Of a stretch of DNA of 64,000 nt, positions 49,279 to 59,071 are shown one piece after another. The stretch comes from Acidobacteriota bacterium (GTDB lineage Bacteria; Acidobacteriota; Vicinamibacteria; Vicinamibacterales; CAVVIG01). Every line of letters begins with the position of its first letter. Position 1 is the stretch's first letter. The notes beneath the pieces were generated by a model. It did not search any database and had not been told where the DNA came from. It saw only the letters and a list, made by a program, of their open reading frames with translations. Where the stretch lies: NCBI GenBank assembly GCA_020850715.1, contig JADZED010000050.1:11476-75475 (forward strand), read 5' to 3'. Both the position numbers and the translations under genes were made by a program.

Positions 49279-49517
49279 TCACCAGGCTGAACGGCCGGCC
49301 CGGCAGAGCGGCGGCCTCGCGCTCGCCGTCGAGCGAACGCTGGCGCCGGCACGCCCGTCGGCGGCAACGCCCAGCTCCCGGGTCCATGGCAGCTCTCCGA
49401 GAAGCCAAGTCCAGCGCGCCGCCAGGCTTTTCGTCGGGCTTTCGCGAGCGAAGCGGAGATCGACCCGGATGGCTCGCACGAACATCTGCAGCGAGTCCCC
49501 CGGCCAAGCGCTGCCGC

Positions 49518-50057
49518 TCATTGCCCAGAGGCGAACACCTCCGCTTCGAAGCGCCACAGCGCGGCCCCGGTGCGCCACGCGTCGGCCGGCAGCCCGGCCT
49601 TGCGGCAGGTGTGCGCCAGAAACGCCTCGCGGTTCCAGCTCCATTCGGTGGCGACCTGCGGGAGCAGCAGCCCGCGCCGCGCGCCGCGCTCGACGAGGAG
49701 GCCATGGCGGCCGACCTCGATGTGGTCGGGGCCGCCGATCGGCTCGAGCAGACCGAGCAGGGAGATCTCCACTTCGAGACGCGCCAGTTCGCTGCTGCCG
49801 ACCGGCGCGAACCGCGGATCCGCGCTGCAGGCTTGGACGGCGCAGCTGGCGATGACGGTGCCGCGGCTGGTGCCCGGCTCGACGTGTCCGATGCAACCGC
49901 GCAGATCGCCGCGCGCGTGAATGGTGACGAAGGCGCCACCTGGCTCGCGCGCCGCCGGGCAGTCGGGCATCGTCGGCGGCGCGGCGCGCGTGACGTGCGC
50001 CACGATCGCGCCGCGCGCGAGCGCCAGGAGCAGCCGGCGATCGGCATCGGTCGTCAT
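49518..50057 (-). CDS. amrA: AMMECR1-domain protein (AmmeMemoRadiSam system protein A-like)
   Basis: 179 aa from ATG 50057 (ATGA overlap). Has [18 protein letters not shown] and ..RGLLLPQVA... Confidence 0.85.
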   Translation of the reverse strand: MTTDADRRLLLALARGAIVAHVTRAAPPTMPDCPAAREPGGAFVTIHARGDLRGCIGHVEPGTSRGTVIASCAVQACSADPRFAPVGSSELARLEVEISLLGLLEPIGGPDHIEVGRHGLLVERGARRGLLLPQVATEWSWNREAFLAHTCRKAGLPADAWRTGAALWRFEAEVFASGQ

Positions 50058-50998
50058 CGCGTCGCCACGGTGCGCGCGGGCACGACATGCGCCTCTGCTT
50101 CCTGTGCGTCCTCCGTCTTCTCCGGGTTCTGTGCGCCCGCTGCGTTCCCGGGGTCCTTCGTGAATACCCCGAGCGCCGCCGCGAGATAGCCCACGACGGC
50201 CGACTTGTCGCCCGACACATCGCCCGAGTCGGCGTACCGCAGCACGACGGCATCGCGCGCGCCGAGCCGCCGCGCCGCCCGCATCACCGCGATTGTCGGA
50301 CCGCCGCCGCACGCGTGGTCGGGCCGGCGGTCGAGCGCCTCCTGGAGCCCGTCGGCGTCGAATCGCTCCACGCACCCGATGACCACGGCGTCGAGCGAGG
50401 CGGCCGTGGCGGCATCGTGATAGTGAGACAGGTCGGTGCTCGCGACGAGCAGGACGCGCGCGCGCGCCTCGAGGACCGCGGCCAGCGCGTCGCCGAGCGC
50501 GCGGCCTGCCTCCGCCGTCTGCCGCCCCATCAGCAGCGGGACGATGCGCGCCTGCGGCGCGAGGCGCCGGATGAACGGCAGTTGCATCTCCAGCGAGTGT
50601 TCGCGCGCGTGAGCGGCGGGATGCGCGCGCATCATTGGCGACGCCTCCAGCAACGCCGACGCGCAGCCGGCATCGATGTCGATCGGACCGAGCGGCGTCT
50701 CGAATGCCCCCGCGGGATACACCGCCACGCCGTCGAAGTCGTCGAAATGCGATGGCCCGGCCAGCACGATCAGATCGATGGCACGGCCGCGCAGCAGGCG
50801 GTAGGCGTACGCGGCGACCGGCCCCGAGTACAGGAGCGCGGCGTGCGGCGCGATCAGGGCGACGAGGCGGCCACTCACGCAGGTGCCGGCGCCGGCCAGA
50901 TGCGCCTCGACGGCGGAGGCCAGCGACGCCGCCGTGCCCGGATACCAGCGGCCGGCGACCGCCGCTCTCCGGATCCCGCCCGGCCACTCCTTCGCCAT
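50054..50998 (-). CDS. amrB: MEMO1-family protein (AmmeMemoRadiSam system protein B-like)
   Basis: About 314 aa from ATG 50998 (alternative ATG at 51019). Has AGRWYPG, ..[11 protein letters not shown].., ..HSLEMQLPF.. and ..STDLSHYH... Confidence 0.8.
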   Translation of the reverse strand: MAKEWPGGIRRAAVAGRWYPGTAASLASAVEAHLAGAGTCVSGRLVALIAPHAALLYSGPVAAYAYRLLRGRAIDLIVLAGPSHFDDFDGVAVYPAGAFETPLGPIDIDAGCASALLEASPMMRAHPAAHAREHSLEMQLPFIRRLAPQARIVPLLMGRQTAEAGRALGDALAAVLEARARVLLVASTDLSHYHDAATAASLDAVVIGCVERFDADGLQEALDRRPDHACGGGPTIAVMRAARRLGARDAVVLRYADSGDVSGDKSAVVGYLAAALGVFTKDPGNAAGAQNPEKTEDAQEAEAHVVPARTVATR

Positions 50999-51018
50999 CA
51001 ACCGCCGTCCAGCCCGCA

Positions 51019-51027
51019 TGTTAGCAT
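51019..51027 (+). promoter_or_regulatory. Extended -10 element TGtTAGCAT, 5 nt upstream of the gatC ATG (leaderless-type)
   Basis: gcaTGTTAGCATctgtcATG. Confidence 0.4.
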
Positions 51028-51032
51028 CTGTC

Positions 51033-51350
51033 ATGCCCGCGCAGTTGACCTCCGACGACGTGGTGAGGATCGCCGCGCTCGCCAACGTGACGCTGGACCC
51101 TCGAGAGATCGCGCTGTTCACCCGGCAGATCGGCGAGCTGCTCGCCTACGTCGAGCAGCTCCAGCAGGTCGATACCGCCGGCGTGCCGCCGACGGCGAGC
51201 GTGCGACGGGGCGCCGCCGGCGCGTCGGCAGATCGGCCCGACGAGGTTCGGCCGTCGCTCGAGATCGCCGACACGCTCGCCAATGCGCCCGACGCCGATC
51301 GCTCGCAGATGGAGGGCGGGTTCTTCAGGGTGCCGCGGGTCATCGGATGA
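51033..51350 (+). CDS. gatC: Glu/Asp-tRNA amidotransferase subunit C
   Basis: 105 aa. [43 protein letters not shown]. Confidence 0.9.
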   Translation: MPAQLTSDDVVRIAALANVTLDPREIALFTRQIGELLAYVEQLQQVDTAGVPPTASVRRGAAGASADRPDEVRPSLEIADTLANAPDADRSQMEGGFFRVPRVIG

Positions 51351-52819
51351 CCGAGGACACGATCGCCGGGCTTGCCGGCGCCGTCCGGACGGGCGCGCGG
51401 ACGGCCACCGAGATCTGCCAGCGCGCGCTCGCGCAGCTCGACGCCACCGAGCCGTCGCTCCACGCGTTCAACACGGTCGCCGCCGATCGCGCGCTCGCGC
51501 GTGCGGCCGCGATCGACCGCCATCCCGCGCGATGGAAGCAGGCGCCGCTGGCGGGCGTGCCGATCGCGCTCAAGGACAACCTCTGCACCCGTGGGCTGCG
51601 CACGACCGCCTCGTCGCGCATCCTCGACACCTTCGTCCCCCCATACGACGCGACGGTCGTGGAGCGGCTCGAAGCCGCCGGCGCGGTGGTGGTCGGCAAG
51701 ACCAACTGCGACGAGTTCGCGATGGGCTCGTCGAACGAGAACTCGGCGTACGGGCCGGCCCGCAATCCCTGGGCGCTCGATCGCACGCCCGGCGGCTCGA
51801 GCGGCGGGTCGGCCGCCGCGGGCGCCGCGGGGATCGCCCCGGCCGCGCGCGGCTCCGACACCGGCGGGTCGATCCCGCAGCCGGCCGCCATCTGCGGCGT
51901 GGTCGGCCTCAAGCCGACCTACGGCCGCGTCTCGCGCTACGGGCTGATCGCGTTCGCCTCCTCGCTCGACCAGATCGGCCCGTTCACGCGCACGGTGCGC
52001 GACGCGGCGCTCGTGCTGTCGGCCATCGCGGGGCACGATCCGATGGACGCCACGTCGGAGGCAGAGCCGGTGCCGCCGTACGCCGACGCGCTGACGGGTG
52101 ACGTGCGAGGCGCGCGGATCGGGGTGCCGCGCGGGCTGGTCGGCGCCGGCGTGGATCGGGAGGTCGCGCAGGCGTTCGACGAGGCGCTCGCCTCGCTGGC
52201 CGATCGAGGCGCGCGCCTCGTGGACGTCGAGCTGCCGCACGCGCCATACGCGATACCGGTCTACTATCTCGTGGCGACCGCCGAGGCGAGCTCCAACCTG
52301 GCGCGCTACGACGGCGTGCGTTACGGCATGCGCACCCCCCCGGCCGCCGGGGCGGGCCCGGACCTGCCGGCCATGTACGCCAGCACGCGCGCGCAGGGCT
52401 TCGGGCCCGAGGTGAAGCGCCGCATCATGCTGGGCACCTACGTGCTCAGCGCCGGCTACTACGACGCCTACTACCTGAAGGCGCAGCAGGTGCGCACGCT
52501 CATCCTCCGCGACTACGATCGGGCCTTCGAGCGGGTGGACGCGGTCGCGATGCCGACGACGCCGACGCCGGCGTTCCGGCTCGGCGAGCACGCGGCCGAT
52601 CCGCTGCAGATGTATCTCGGCGACGTCTTCACCGTGAGCGCGAACCTGGCGGGGCTGCCGGCCCTCAGCGTGCCCTGCGGGTTCACCGCCGGCGGCCTGC
52701 CGATCGGCCTGCAGCTCATCGGCCGGCGCCACGACGAATCGACGCTGCTCCGCGTCGCCGACGCCTACGAGCGCGGCACCGCATGGTGGACGCACAGACC
52801 GCCGATCGCGACGCGCTGA
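51347..52819 (+). CDS. gatA: Glu/Asp-tRNA amidotransferase subunit A
   Basis: 490 aa. ATGA overlap with gatC. Amidase signature [10 protein letters not shown]. ..[12 protein letters not shown]... Confidence 0.95.
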   Translation: MTEDTIAGLAGAVRTGARTATEICQRALAQLDATEPSLHAFNTVAADRALARAAAIDRHPARWKQAPLAGVPIALKDNLCTRGLRTTASSRILDTFVPPYDATVVERLEAAGAVVVGKTNCDEFAMGSSNENSAYGPARNPWALDRTPGGSSGGSAAAGAAGIAPAARGSDTGGSIPQPAAICGVVGLKPTYGRVSRYGLIAFASSLDQIGPFTRTVRDAALVLSAIAGHDPMDATSEAEPVPPYADALTGDVRGARIGVPRGLVGAGVDREVAQAFDEALASLADRGARLVDVELPHAPYAIPVYYLVATAEASSNLARYDGVRYGMRTPPAAGAGPDLPAMYASTRAQGFGPEVKRRIMLGTYVLSAGYYDAYYLKAQQVRTLILRDYDRAFERVDAVAMPTTPTPAFRLGEHAADPLQMYLGDVFTVSANLAGLPALSVPCGFTAGGLPIGLQLIGRRHDESTLLRVADAYERGTAWWTHRPPIATR

Positions 52820-53832
52820 AGCCGCCCGAGTGGACGGCGCTCAGCGACGAGAAGCTGCTCGAGGTCCGGATGTGCGATCTCCACCTGTCCATTCAGGGCA
52901 CCGCGATCGAGCAGCGCATCGCCAGGATCGATGCGGAGCTGGAAGCCCGCGGTCTCCGCTTCCGCCCCTTCTACTACCTGTCTGACGAATGGTTCACGCC
53001 CGACGACGTGCCGGGAGTCGCGGTCCCCTTCTACCTGGCGCACCCGCGGCTCGAGCGGCTCGAGCTGGCGCAGATGCTCGAGGTGGAGGGCGGCGACGAG
53101 GCCGGCTGCCTGCGCATCCTGCGGCACGAGGCCGGCCACGCGATCGACAACGCGTACCGCCTGCGCCGCCTGCAGACCCGGCGCCGCCTCTTCGGCCCTC
53201 CGTCGATCGAGTACCCCGAGTACTACACGCCAAAGCCCTACAGCAAGAGCTTCGTCCAGCATCTCGATCACTGGTACGCGCAGAGCCACCCGGACGAGGA
53301 CTTCGCCGAGACATTCGCCGTCTGGCTCGATCCGCACTCCGACTGGGCTGGGCGCTACGCGGGGTGGCCGGCGCTGCGAAAGCTCGAGTACATGGAACGT
53401 CTGATGCGGCGCATCGCGTCGAAACGGCCGGCGGTCACCTCTCGGCGGCTCGTCGATCCGCTCGGCCGGCTGCGCAAGACGCTCGGCAGCCACTACCGCA
53501 GGAAGCGCGAGCACTATGGCCTCGATCACCCGGCCTTCTACGACAGCGACCTCCACAACCTGTTCTCCGCGGCTCCCGAGTACGCGAAGAACGTGTCGGC
53601 CGCGAAGTTCGTCGGCCGCATTCGCCGGGAGGCGCGCGCCACCGTCGCGAGCTTCACCGACAGCTACCAGTACACGATCGAGCAGCTGCTCCAGAAGATC
53701 ATCGAGCGCTGCCGCGAGCAGAACCTGCGGCTGACCGAATCGGAAGAGACGACCCGGAGCGACTTCCTGGTCTTCCTGACCGTCCAGACCATGAACTATC
53801 TCCACAGCGGACGGCACCGGGTGGCGCTGTGA
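52783..53832 (+). CDS. Putative zinc-binding metallopeptidase (zincin, HEAGH; Peptidase_Mx-like)
   Basis: 349 aa. [14 protein letters not shown] with downstream [14 protein letters not shown]. Overlaps the gatA 3' end by 37 nt. Confidence 0.75.
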   Translation: MVDAQTADRDALKPPEWTALSDEKLLEVRMCDLHLSIQGTAIEQRIARIDAELEARGLRFRPFYYLSDEWFTPDDVPGVAVPFYLAHPRLERLELAQMLEVEGGDEAGCLRILRHEAGHAIDNAYRLRRLQTRRRLFGPPSIEYPEYYTPKPYSKSFVQHLDHWYAQSHPDEDFAETFAVWLDPHSDWAGRYAGWPALRKLEYMERLMRRIASKRPAVTSRRLVDPLGRLRKTLGSHYRRKREHYGLDHPAFYDSDLHNLFSAAPEYAKNVSAAKFVGRIRREARATVASFTDSYQYTIEQLLQKIIERCREQNLRLTESEETTRSDFLVFLTVQTMNYLHSGRHRVAL

Positions 53833-54860
53833 CGGTGAGCCGCCTGCGCATCCTCGCGCTCGTCCACCGCCACCTGATCCCGCCCGAGAGCGTACCGGAG
53901 GGAACCGACGTGGCCGCCGCACCGTGGCGCACCGAATACGACGTCGTGTCGACGCTGCGCGCCATGGGCCACGACGTCCGGATCCTCGGCGTCCACGACG
54001 ATCTCGGCGAGATCCGGCGCCTGGCCACCGAGTGGAAGCCCCACATCGCGTTCAACCTGCTCGAGGCCTTCGACGACATCGCGATCTTCGACATGAACGT
54101 CGTCTCGTACCTCGAGCTGTTGAAGCTGCCCTACATCGGGTGCAACTCGCGCGGCCTGCTGCTGGCGCGCGACAAGGCGCTGTCGAAGAAGCTGCTCGCC
54201 TATCACCGCATCGCCGTGCCGGAGTTCGAGGTGTTCCGCGCCGGCCGCCCGATCCGCCGGCCCAAGCGCCTGACGTTCCCGCTGATCGTGAAGTCGCTCA
54301 CGCAGGAGGCGTCGATCGGCATCTCGCAGGCCTCGGTGGTCGACACCGACGAGAAACTCCGGGAACGCGTGGCGTTCATCCACGGGAGCATCGGGACCGC
54401 AGCCATGGCGGAGCAGTACGTCGACGGCCGCGAGCTGTACGTCGGCATCCTCGGCAACCAGTCGCTGCAGGCGCTGCCCGTGTGGGAGCTGTTCTTCACC
54501 AACATGCCGGCCGAGGCCCGGCGGATCGCCACCGATCGCGTGAAGTGGAGCGTGAAGTACCAGAAGAAGTACGGGATCGAGAGCGGCCCCGCCCGCGATC
54601 TGCCCGACGCCGTGTGCGAGCGGATCCAGCACCTCTGCAAGCGGACGTTCCGCGCCCTCGAGCTGAGCGGATTCGCGCGCATCGACCTGCGCCTCGACGA
54701 GGCGGGCCGGGCGTGGGTGCTGGAGGCGAACCCCAACCCGCAGATTGCGCGCGGCGAGGACTTCGCCGCGTCGGCCGCCCGGGCGGGCCTGGGCTACGAG
54801 GCGCTGCTGCAGCGCATCGTCAACCTCGGCCTCCGCTGGCAGCCGGAGAGCGTCGCCTGA
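53829..54860 (+). CDS. D-alanine--D-alanine ligase-family ATP-grasp enzyme
   Basis: 343 aa from GTG 53829 (GTGA overlap with the peptidase stop). Has ..RDKALSKKLL.., ..PLIVKSLTQEASIGIS.., ..EQYVDGRELYVGILG.. and ..RIDLRLDEAGRAWVLEANPNP... Confidence 0.85.
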   Translation: MTVSRLRILALVHRHLIPPESVPEGTDVAAAPWRTEYDVVSTLRAMGHDVRILGVHDDLGEIRRLATEWKPHIAFNLLEAFDDIAIFDMNVVSYLELLKLPYIGCNSRGLLLARDKALSKKLLAYHRIAVPEFEVFRAGRPIRRPKRLTFPLIVKSLTQEASIGISQASVVDTDEKLRERVAFIHGSIGTAAMAEQYVDGRELYVGILGNQSLQALPVWELFFTNMPAEARRIATDRVKWSVKYQKKYGIESGPARDLPDAVCERIQHLCKRTFRALELSGFARIDLRLDEAGRAWVLEANPNPQIARGEDFAASAARAGLGYEALLQRIVNLGLRWQPESVA

Positions 54861-54889
54861 CCCGAGTCGAGGCGCTGGACCACCCGTAA

Positions 54890-54908
54890 GGCCGGCTGTG
54901 CGCCGGCC
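54890..54908 (+). terminator. Hairpin ggccggc-tgtgc-gccggcc, 30 nt after the ATP-grasp stop
   Basis: 7-bp G/C stem read directly. No U-tract. Confidence 0.35.
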
Positions 54909-55182
54909 GCGCCCTGTCTCGTGCCGGCCGTGCCGCTGCTGGCGCCGCCGGCGGTCGCGCTCGAACATCGCACGATCCGGCATCTGCTCGTGATCCTCGC
55001 GGTGTCGCAACCCGCCATCGACGTGGTCGTGCGGCAGCGGCCGCGCGCTGGCCGGCGTCCGAGCGCCATGCCGGCGCTCGAGCTGCCGGGGCTCCTGCGC
55101 CGCGCCTGTCAGCGGCGGCTGCCCGCACGTCCGCACGACGGGTTGAGGGAAGGGACGATGGCGCGATGGTGCGGCGGCTGGC

Positions 55183-55205
55183 GGCGCGGCCGCATCGGCC
55201 GCGCC
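55183..55205 (-). terminator. Hairpin ggcgcggccg-cat-cggccgcgcc downstream of the small membrane-protein gene
   Basis: 10-bp perfect palindrome read directly, 27 nt after the stop at 55232. No U-tract. Confidence 0.4.
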
Positions 55206-55231
55206 GGCGTGGTGGCTGCGCAGGGCGCCGA

Positions 55232-55504
55232 TTACACGCCGTGCAGAAGCGGTCGAGATACTCTGAGCACCGCCCAGATCAGGAAACAGGCCAGAGCGAT
55301 CGGAACGAGCGGAATCAGGATCAGGACGGAGACAACGGCGGCGCCGATCACGACGGCGACCAGGCCGCCGACGATGACGACGGGGAGCACCAGCAGGCCC
55401 ACGGCGAGCTTGAACAGCAGCCGCAGCACGAGGAAGGGCACCACCAGGACGAAGAACAGGAAGGCGGCGGCCAGCCAGAACGGCAGGAGCAGCAGCTTCA
55501 GCAT
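55232..55504 (-). CDS. Small hydrophobic membrane protein (about 3 TM), uncharacterised
   Basis: 90 aa from ATG 55504 (MLKLLLLPFWLAAAFLFFVLVV..). High G/C at third positions. Lies 4 nt after the upstream stop. Confidence 0.5.
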   Translation of the reverse strand: MLKLLLLPFWLAAAFLFFVLVVPFLVLRLLFKLAVGLLVLPVVIVGGLVAVVIGAAVVSVLILIPLVPIALACFLIWAVLRVSRPLLHGV

Positions 55505-55508
55505 ATCC

Positions 55509-55763
55509 CTACTTACGGGCTGCCGCCTCGAGCAGTTCCGGCGCACGGAGCTGGTCGGAGGGGCCGCGCGGCACCGAGGGGGGATAGTAGTCGACCGGCT
55601 GGCGCGAGATCCGCTCGTCGAGGCTTTTGATCACCGGCGTGTCGCCGGCGGTCCGCTTCAGCTTCGTGAAGCCCACGACAACGCAGAAGCCGATGAAGAG
55701 GGCGAGCACGAAGATCGTGCTCGAGGCCAGACCGGCGATGGCGCCGCCAATCAGATCCTGCAT
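55509..55763 (-). CDS. Small single-TM protein, uncharacterised
   Basis: 84 aa. MQDLIGGAIAGLASSTIFVLALFIGFCVVVGF, then a polar tail. Lies 4 nt after the rpoZ-like stop. Confidence 0.5.
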   Translation of the reverse strand: MQDLIGGAIAGLASSTIFVLALFIGFCVVVGFTKLKRTAGDTPVIKSLDERISRQPVDYYPPSVPRGPSDQLRAPELLEAAARK

Positions 55764-55767
55764 CGGA

Positions 55768-56052
55768 TCAGGCCTCGGCCTGCGGCTGGTCCGCCGGGCG
55801 CGGCGGCGGAACGTCGTAGTAGACCAGGCCCCGGCGGACCTCTTCCATCGCGATCCGCTCGGGCTTCTTCGGCAGATGCACGACGTCGGGCTCGCCGATG
55901 CGCACGCGGGCGCCGCGCCGCAGTTGCTTGGCGCGCAGCGCCGCCACGTCGACGAAGAGGAAGCGGCTGTCGATCGGCGGGGCCGGCTCGGACGGCAGAT
56001 CCGGCAACGGCTCGGTCTCTGTGGCGATGGTCAGGTCGGACGCGTCATCCAT
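55768..56052 (-). CDS. rpoZ: RNA polymerase omega-subunit-like protein with acidic N-terminal extension
   Basis: 94 aa. SRFLFVDVAALRAKQLRRGA...KKPERIAMEEVRRGLV parallels E. coli RpoZ [20 protein letters not shown]...TVIALREIEEGLI. Confidence 0.55.
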   Translation of the reverse strand: MDDASDLTIATETEPLPDLPSEPAPPIDSRFLFVDVAALRAKQLRRGARVRIGEPDVVHLPKKPERIAMEEVRRGLVYYDVPPPRPADQPQAEA

Positions 56053-56065
56053 GGAGTCAGCCTAG

Positions 56066-56074
56066 AGATTAGCA
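56066..56074 (-). promoter_or_regulatory. Extended -10 element TGcTAATCT, 13 nt upstream of the rpoZ-like ATG
   Basis: Minus strand reads ccaTGCTAATCTctaggctgactccATG. Confidence 0.35.
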
Positions 56075-56096
56075 TGGGCGGTTCCCCGGCCGGAAG

Positions 56097-56129
56097 CGGG
56101 GATCGTCCGGGAGCGCCGGACGATCCCCG
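56097..56129 (-). terminator. Strong hairpin (14-bp perfect stem, 5-nt loop), 13 nt after the hsp20 stop
   Basis: cggggatcgtccgg-gagcg-ccggacgatccccg, read directly. No U-tract. Confidence 0.6.
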
Positions 56130-56141
56130 TGCGGACCGCGA

Positions 56142-56531
56142 CTACGCCGCGGCGTCGACTTTGACCTGCCGCGGCCTGGCCTCGTCGCGGAGCGGCAGCC
56201 GGATGGTCAGCACGCCGTTCTTGTACTCGGCCGCCACCTTCGCGACGTCGACCGTCTGCGGCAGCGAGAACGAGCGGCTGAACGCGCCATAACGGCGCTC
56301 GATGTGGTGGAACTGCTCCTCCTTGACGTCGCCGGCGAGCTTCTTCTCGCCCTTGAGCGTCAGCGTGCCGTTCTCGACCGTGATGTCGATGTCCTCGCGC
56401 GACATGTCGGGCAGCTCCGCGGTCAGCACGAGCTCGTGATCGCTGCTCTGGTAGATGTCGACGGCCGGGATCCAGGCGTTGGCCGTCGTGAACCCGAAGT
56501 CGCGGAATGGATCCCAACGAACGATGGTCAT
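56142..56531 (-). CDS. Hsp20/alpha-crystallin family small heat-shock protein
   Basis: 129 aa. ..PAVDIYQSSDHELVLTAELPDMSREDIDITVENGTLTLKGEKK..FSRSFSLP..AEYKNGVLTIRLP. SD GAGGAGAG lies 5 nt upstream. Confidence 0.9.
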   Translation of the reverse strand: MTIVRWDPFRDFGFTTANAWIPAVDIYQSSDHELVLTAELPDMSREDIDITVENGTLTLKGEKKLAGDVKEEQFHHIERRYGAFSRSFSLPQTVDVAKVAAEYKNGVLTIRLPLRDEARPRQVKVDAAA

Positions 56532-56560
56532 GGTTGCTCTCCTCTGATTGAGGCTGGACC

Positions 56561-56602
56561 GGCAGGAAGGGCTGGAGAGGCTGGAGTAGAAAGCCTCCTG
56601 CC
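56561..56602 (-). other. Structured RNA element between dnaK and hsp20 (9-bp stem enclosing two CUCCAGCC repeats)
   Basis: The transcript strand reads GGCAGGAGG-cuuucuaCUCCAGCCuCUCCAGC-CCUUCCUGCC. CUCUCC in the loop is complementary to GGAGAG of the hsp20 SD. Confidence 0.35.
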
Positions 56603-56635
56603 GTCCTGCGCCCCTGCCCGTCCCGCCGGTGGTCG

Positions 56636-58579
<1,944 letters not shown>

Positions 58580-58607
58580 TTCTGAAGTCCCTCCTTGGAC
58601 TTCCGTG

Positions 58608-58636
58608 AGTATAACGCCATCATGATTGTTAATCAA
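58608..58636 (-). promoter_or_regulatory. Sigma70-type promoter of dnaK: TTGATT-17 nt-TATACT
   Basis: Minus strand reads cTTGATTaacaatcatgatggcgtTATACTcacgg, with A/T-rich sequence (ttagaaaatc) just upstream. The -10 ends 28 nt before the ATG. Confidence 0.55.
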
Positions 58637-59049
58637 GCAGATTTTCTAAGTGAACAACACTCACATTACCATCGATCTTCATCCTTTCCATCTGGTGCCG
58701 TCCAGCTCCACCCAGCACCGTCCAGCTCAGGGCGTTCGCTCTCGCCGGCCCGACCATTCCCGATCTGTCGCCTCTGCCCTTCTCCGATGCGCGCCTCTCC
58801 AAACCGGAGGCGCAGACCGTCTCGTCGCCTCCGTCGCGGCCGCCGCAGGCAGCCGGGCCACCCACGTCGTCTTCTTGCGTACTCCATGCGATCATTCGGC
58901 CATGCGCTCACGCGTGGTTCCCACCGCCGGCCTCTCCGGCGCCGCCGGCTTCGTCGAGTCACACCGCGCCGCGTGGCTGCCGGGCGCGCCGGGCTCCGGG
59001 CCCGGCGGCGGCTCCCGCATGGCCGAACGCCACTCCTGCCGCGTGCCTG

Positions 59050-59055
59050 TAGAAT
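59050..59055 (+). promoter_or_regulatory. -10 hexamer TAGAAT, 16 nt upstream of the ymdB GTG
   Basis: cctgTAGAATcgacggccaggccgtcGTG. Confidence 0.35.
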
Positions 59056-59071
59056 CGACGGCCAGGCCGTC

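Noticed and set aside
51033-52819. Absence of gatB after gatCA as an anomaly.
   Set aside because: Split gatCA / gatB loci are common in bacteria. Only the replacement genes (peptidase and ATP-grasp) are of interest.
54794-55069. Minus-strand 91-aa ORF (and 54820..55128) in the spacer after the ATP-grasp gene.
   Set aside because: The products are Arg/Cys/Thr/Ser-rich. Codon-position G+C is highest at position 2, which is the wrong pattern. The ORF overlaps the ATP-grasp 3' end. The coding-like signal belongs to the plus frame, which is reported separately as a relic.
58580-58700. Searched the dnaK upstream region for a CIRCE operator (TTAGCACTC-N9-GAGTGCTAA) or a sigma32-type CTTGAA/CCCCATNT promoter.
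   Set aside because: Only GAGTG-N5-CACTTAG is present, with the half-sites in the wrong orientation and spacing. The -10 is TATACT, not CCCCAT-like. The sequence is best read as a plain sigma70-type promoter.
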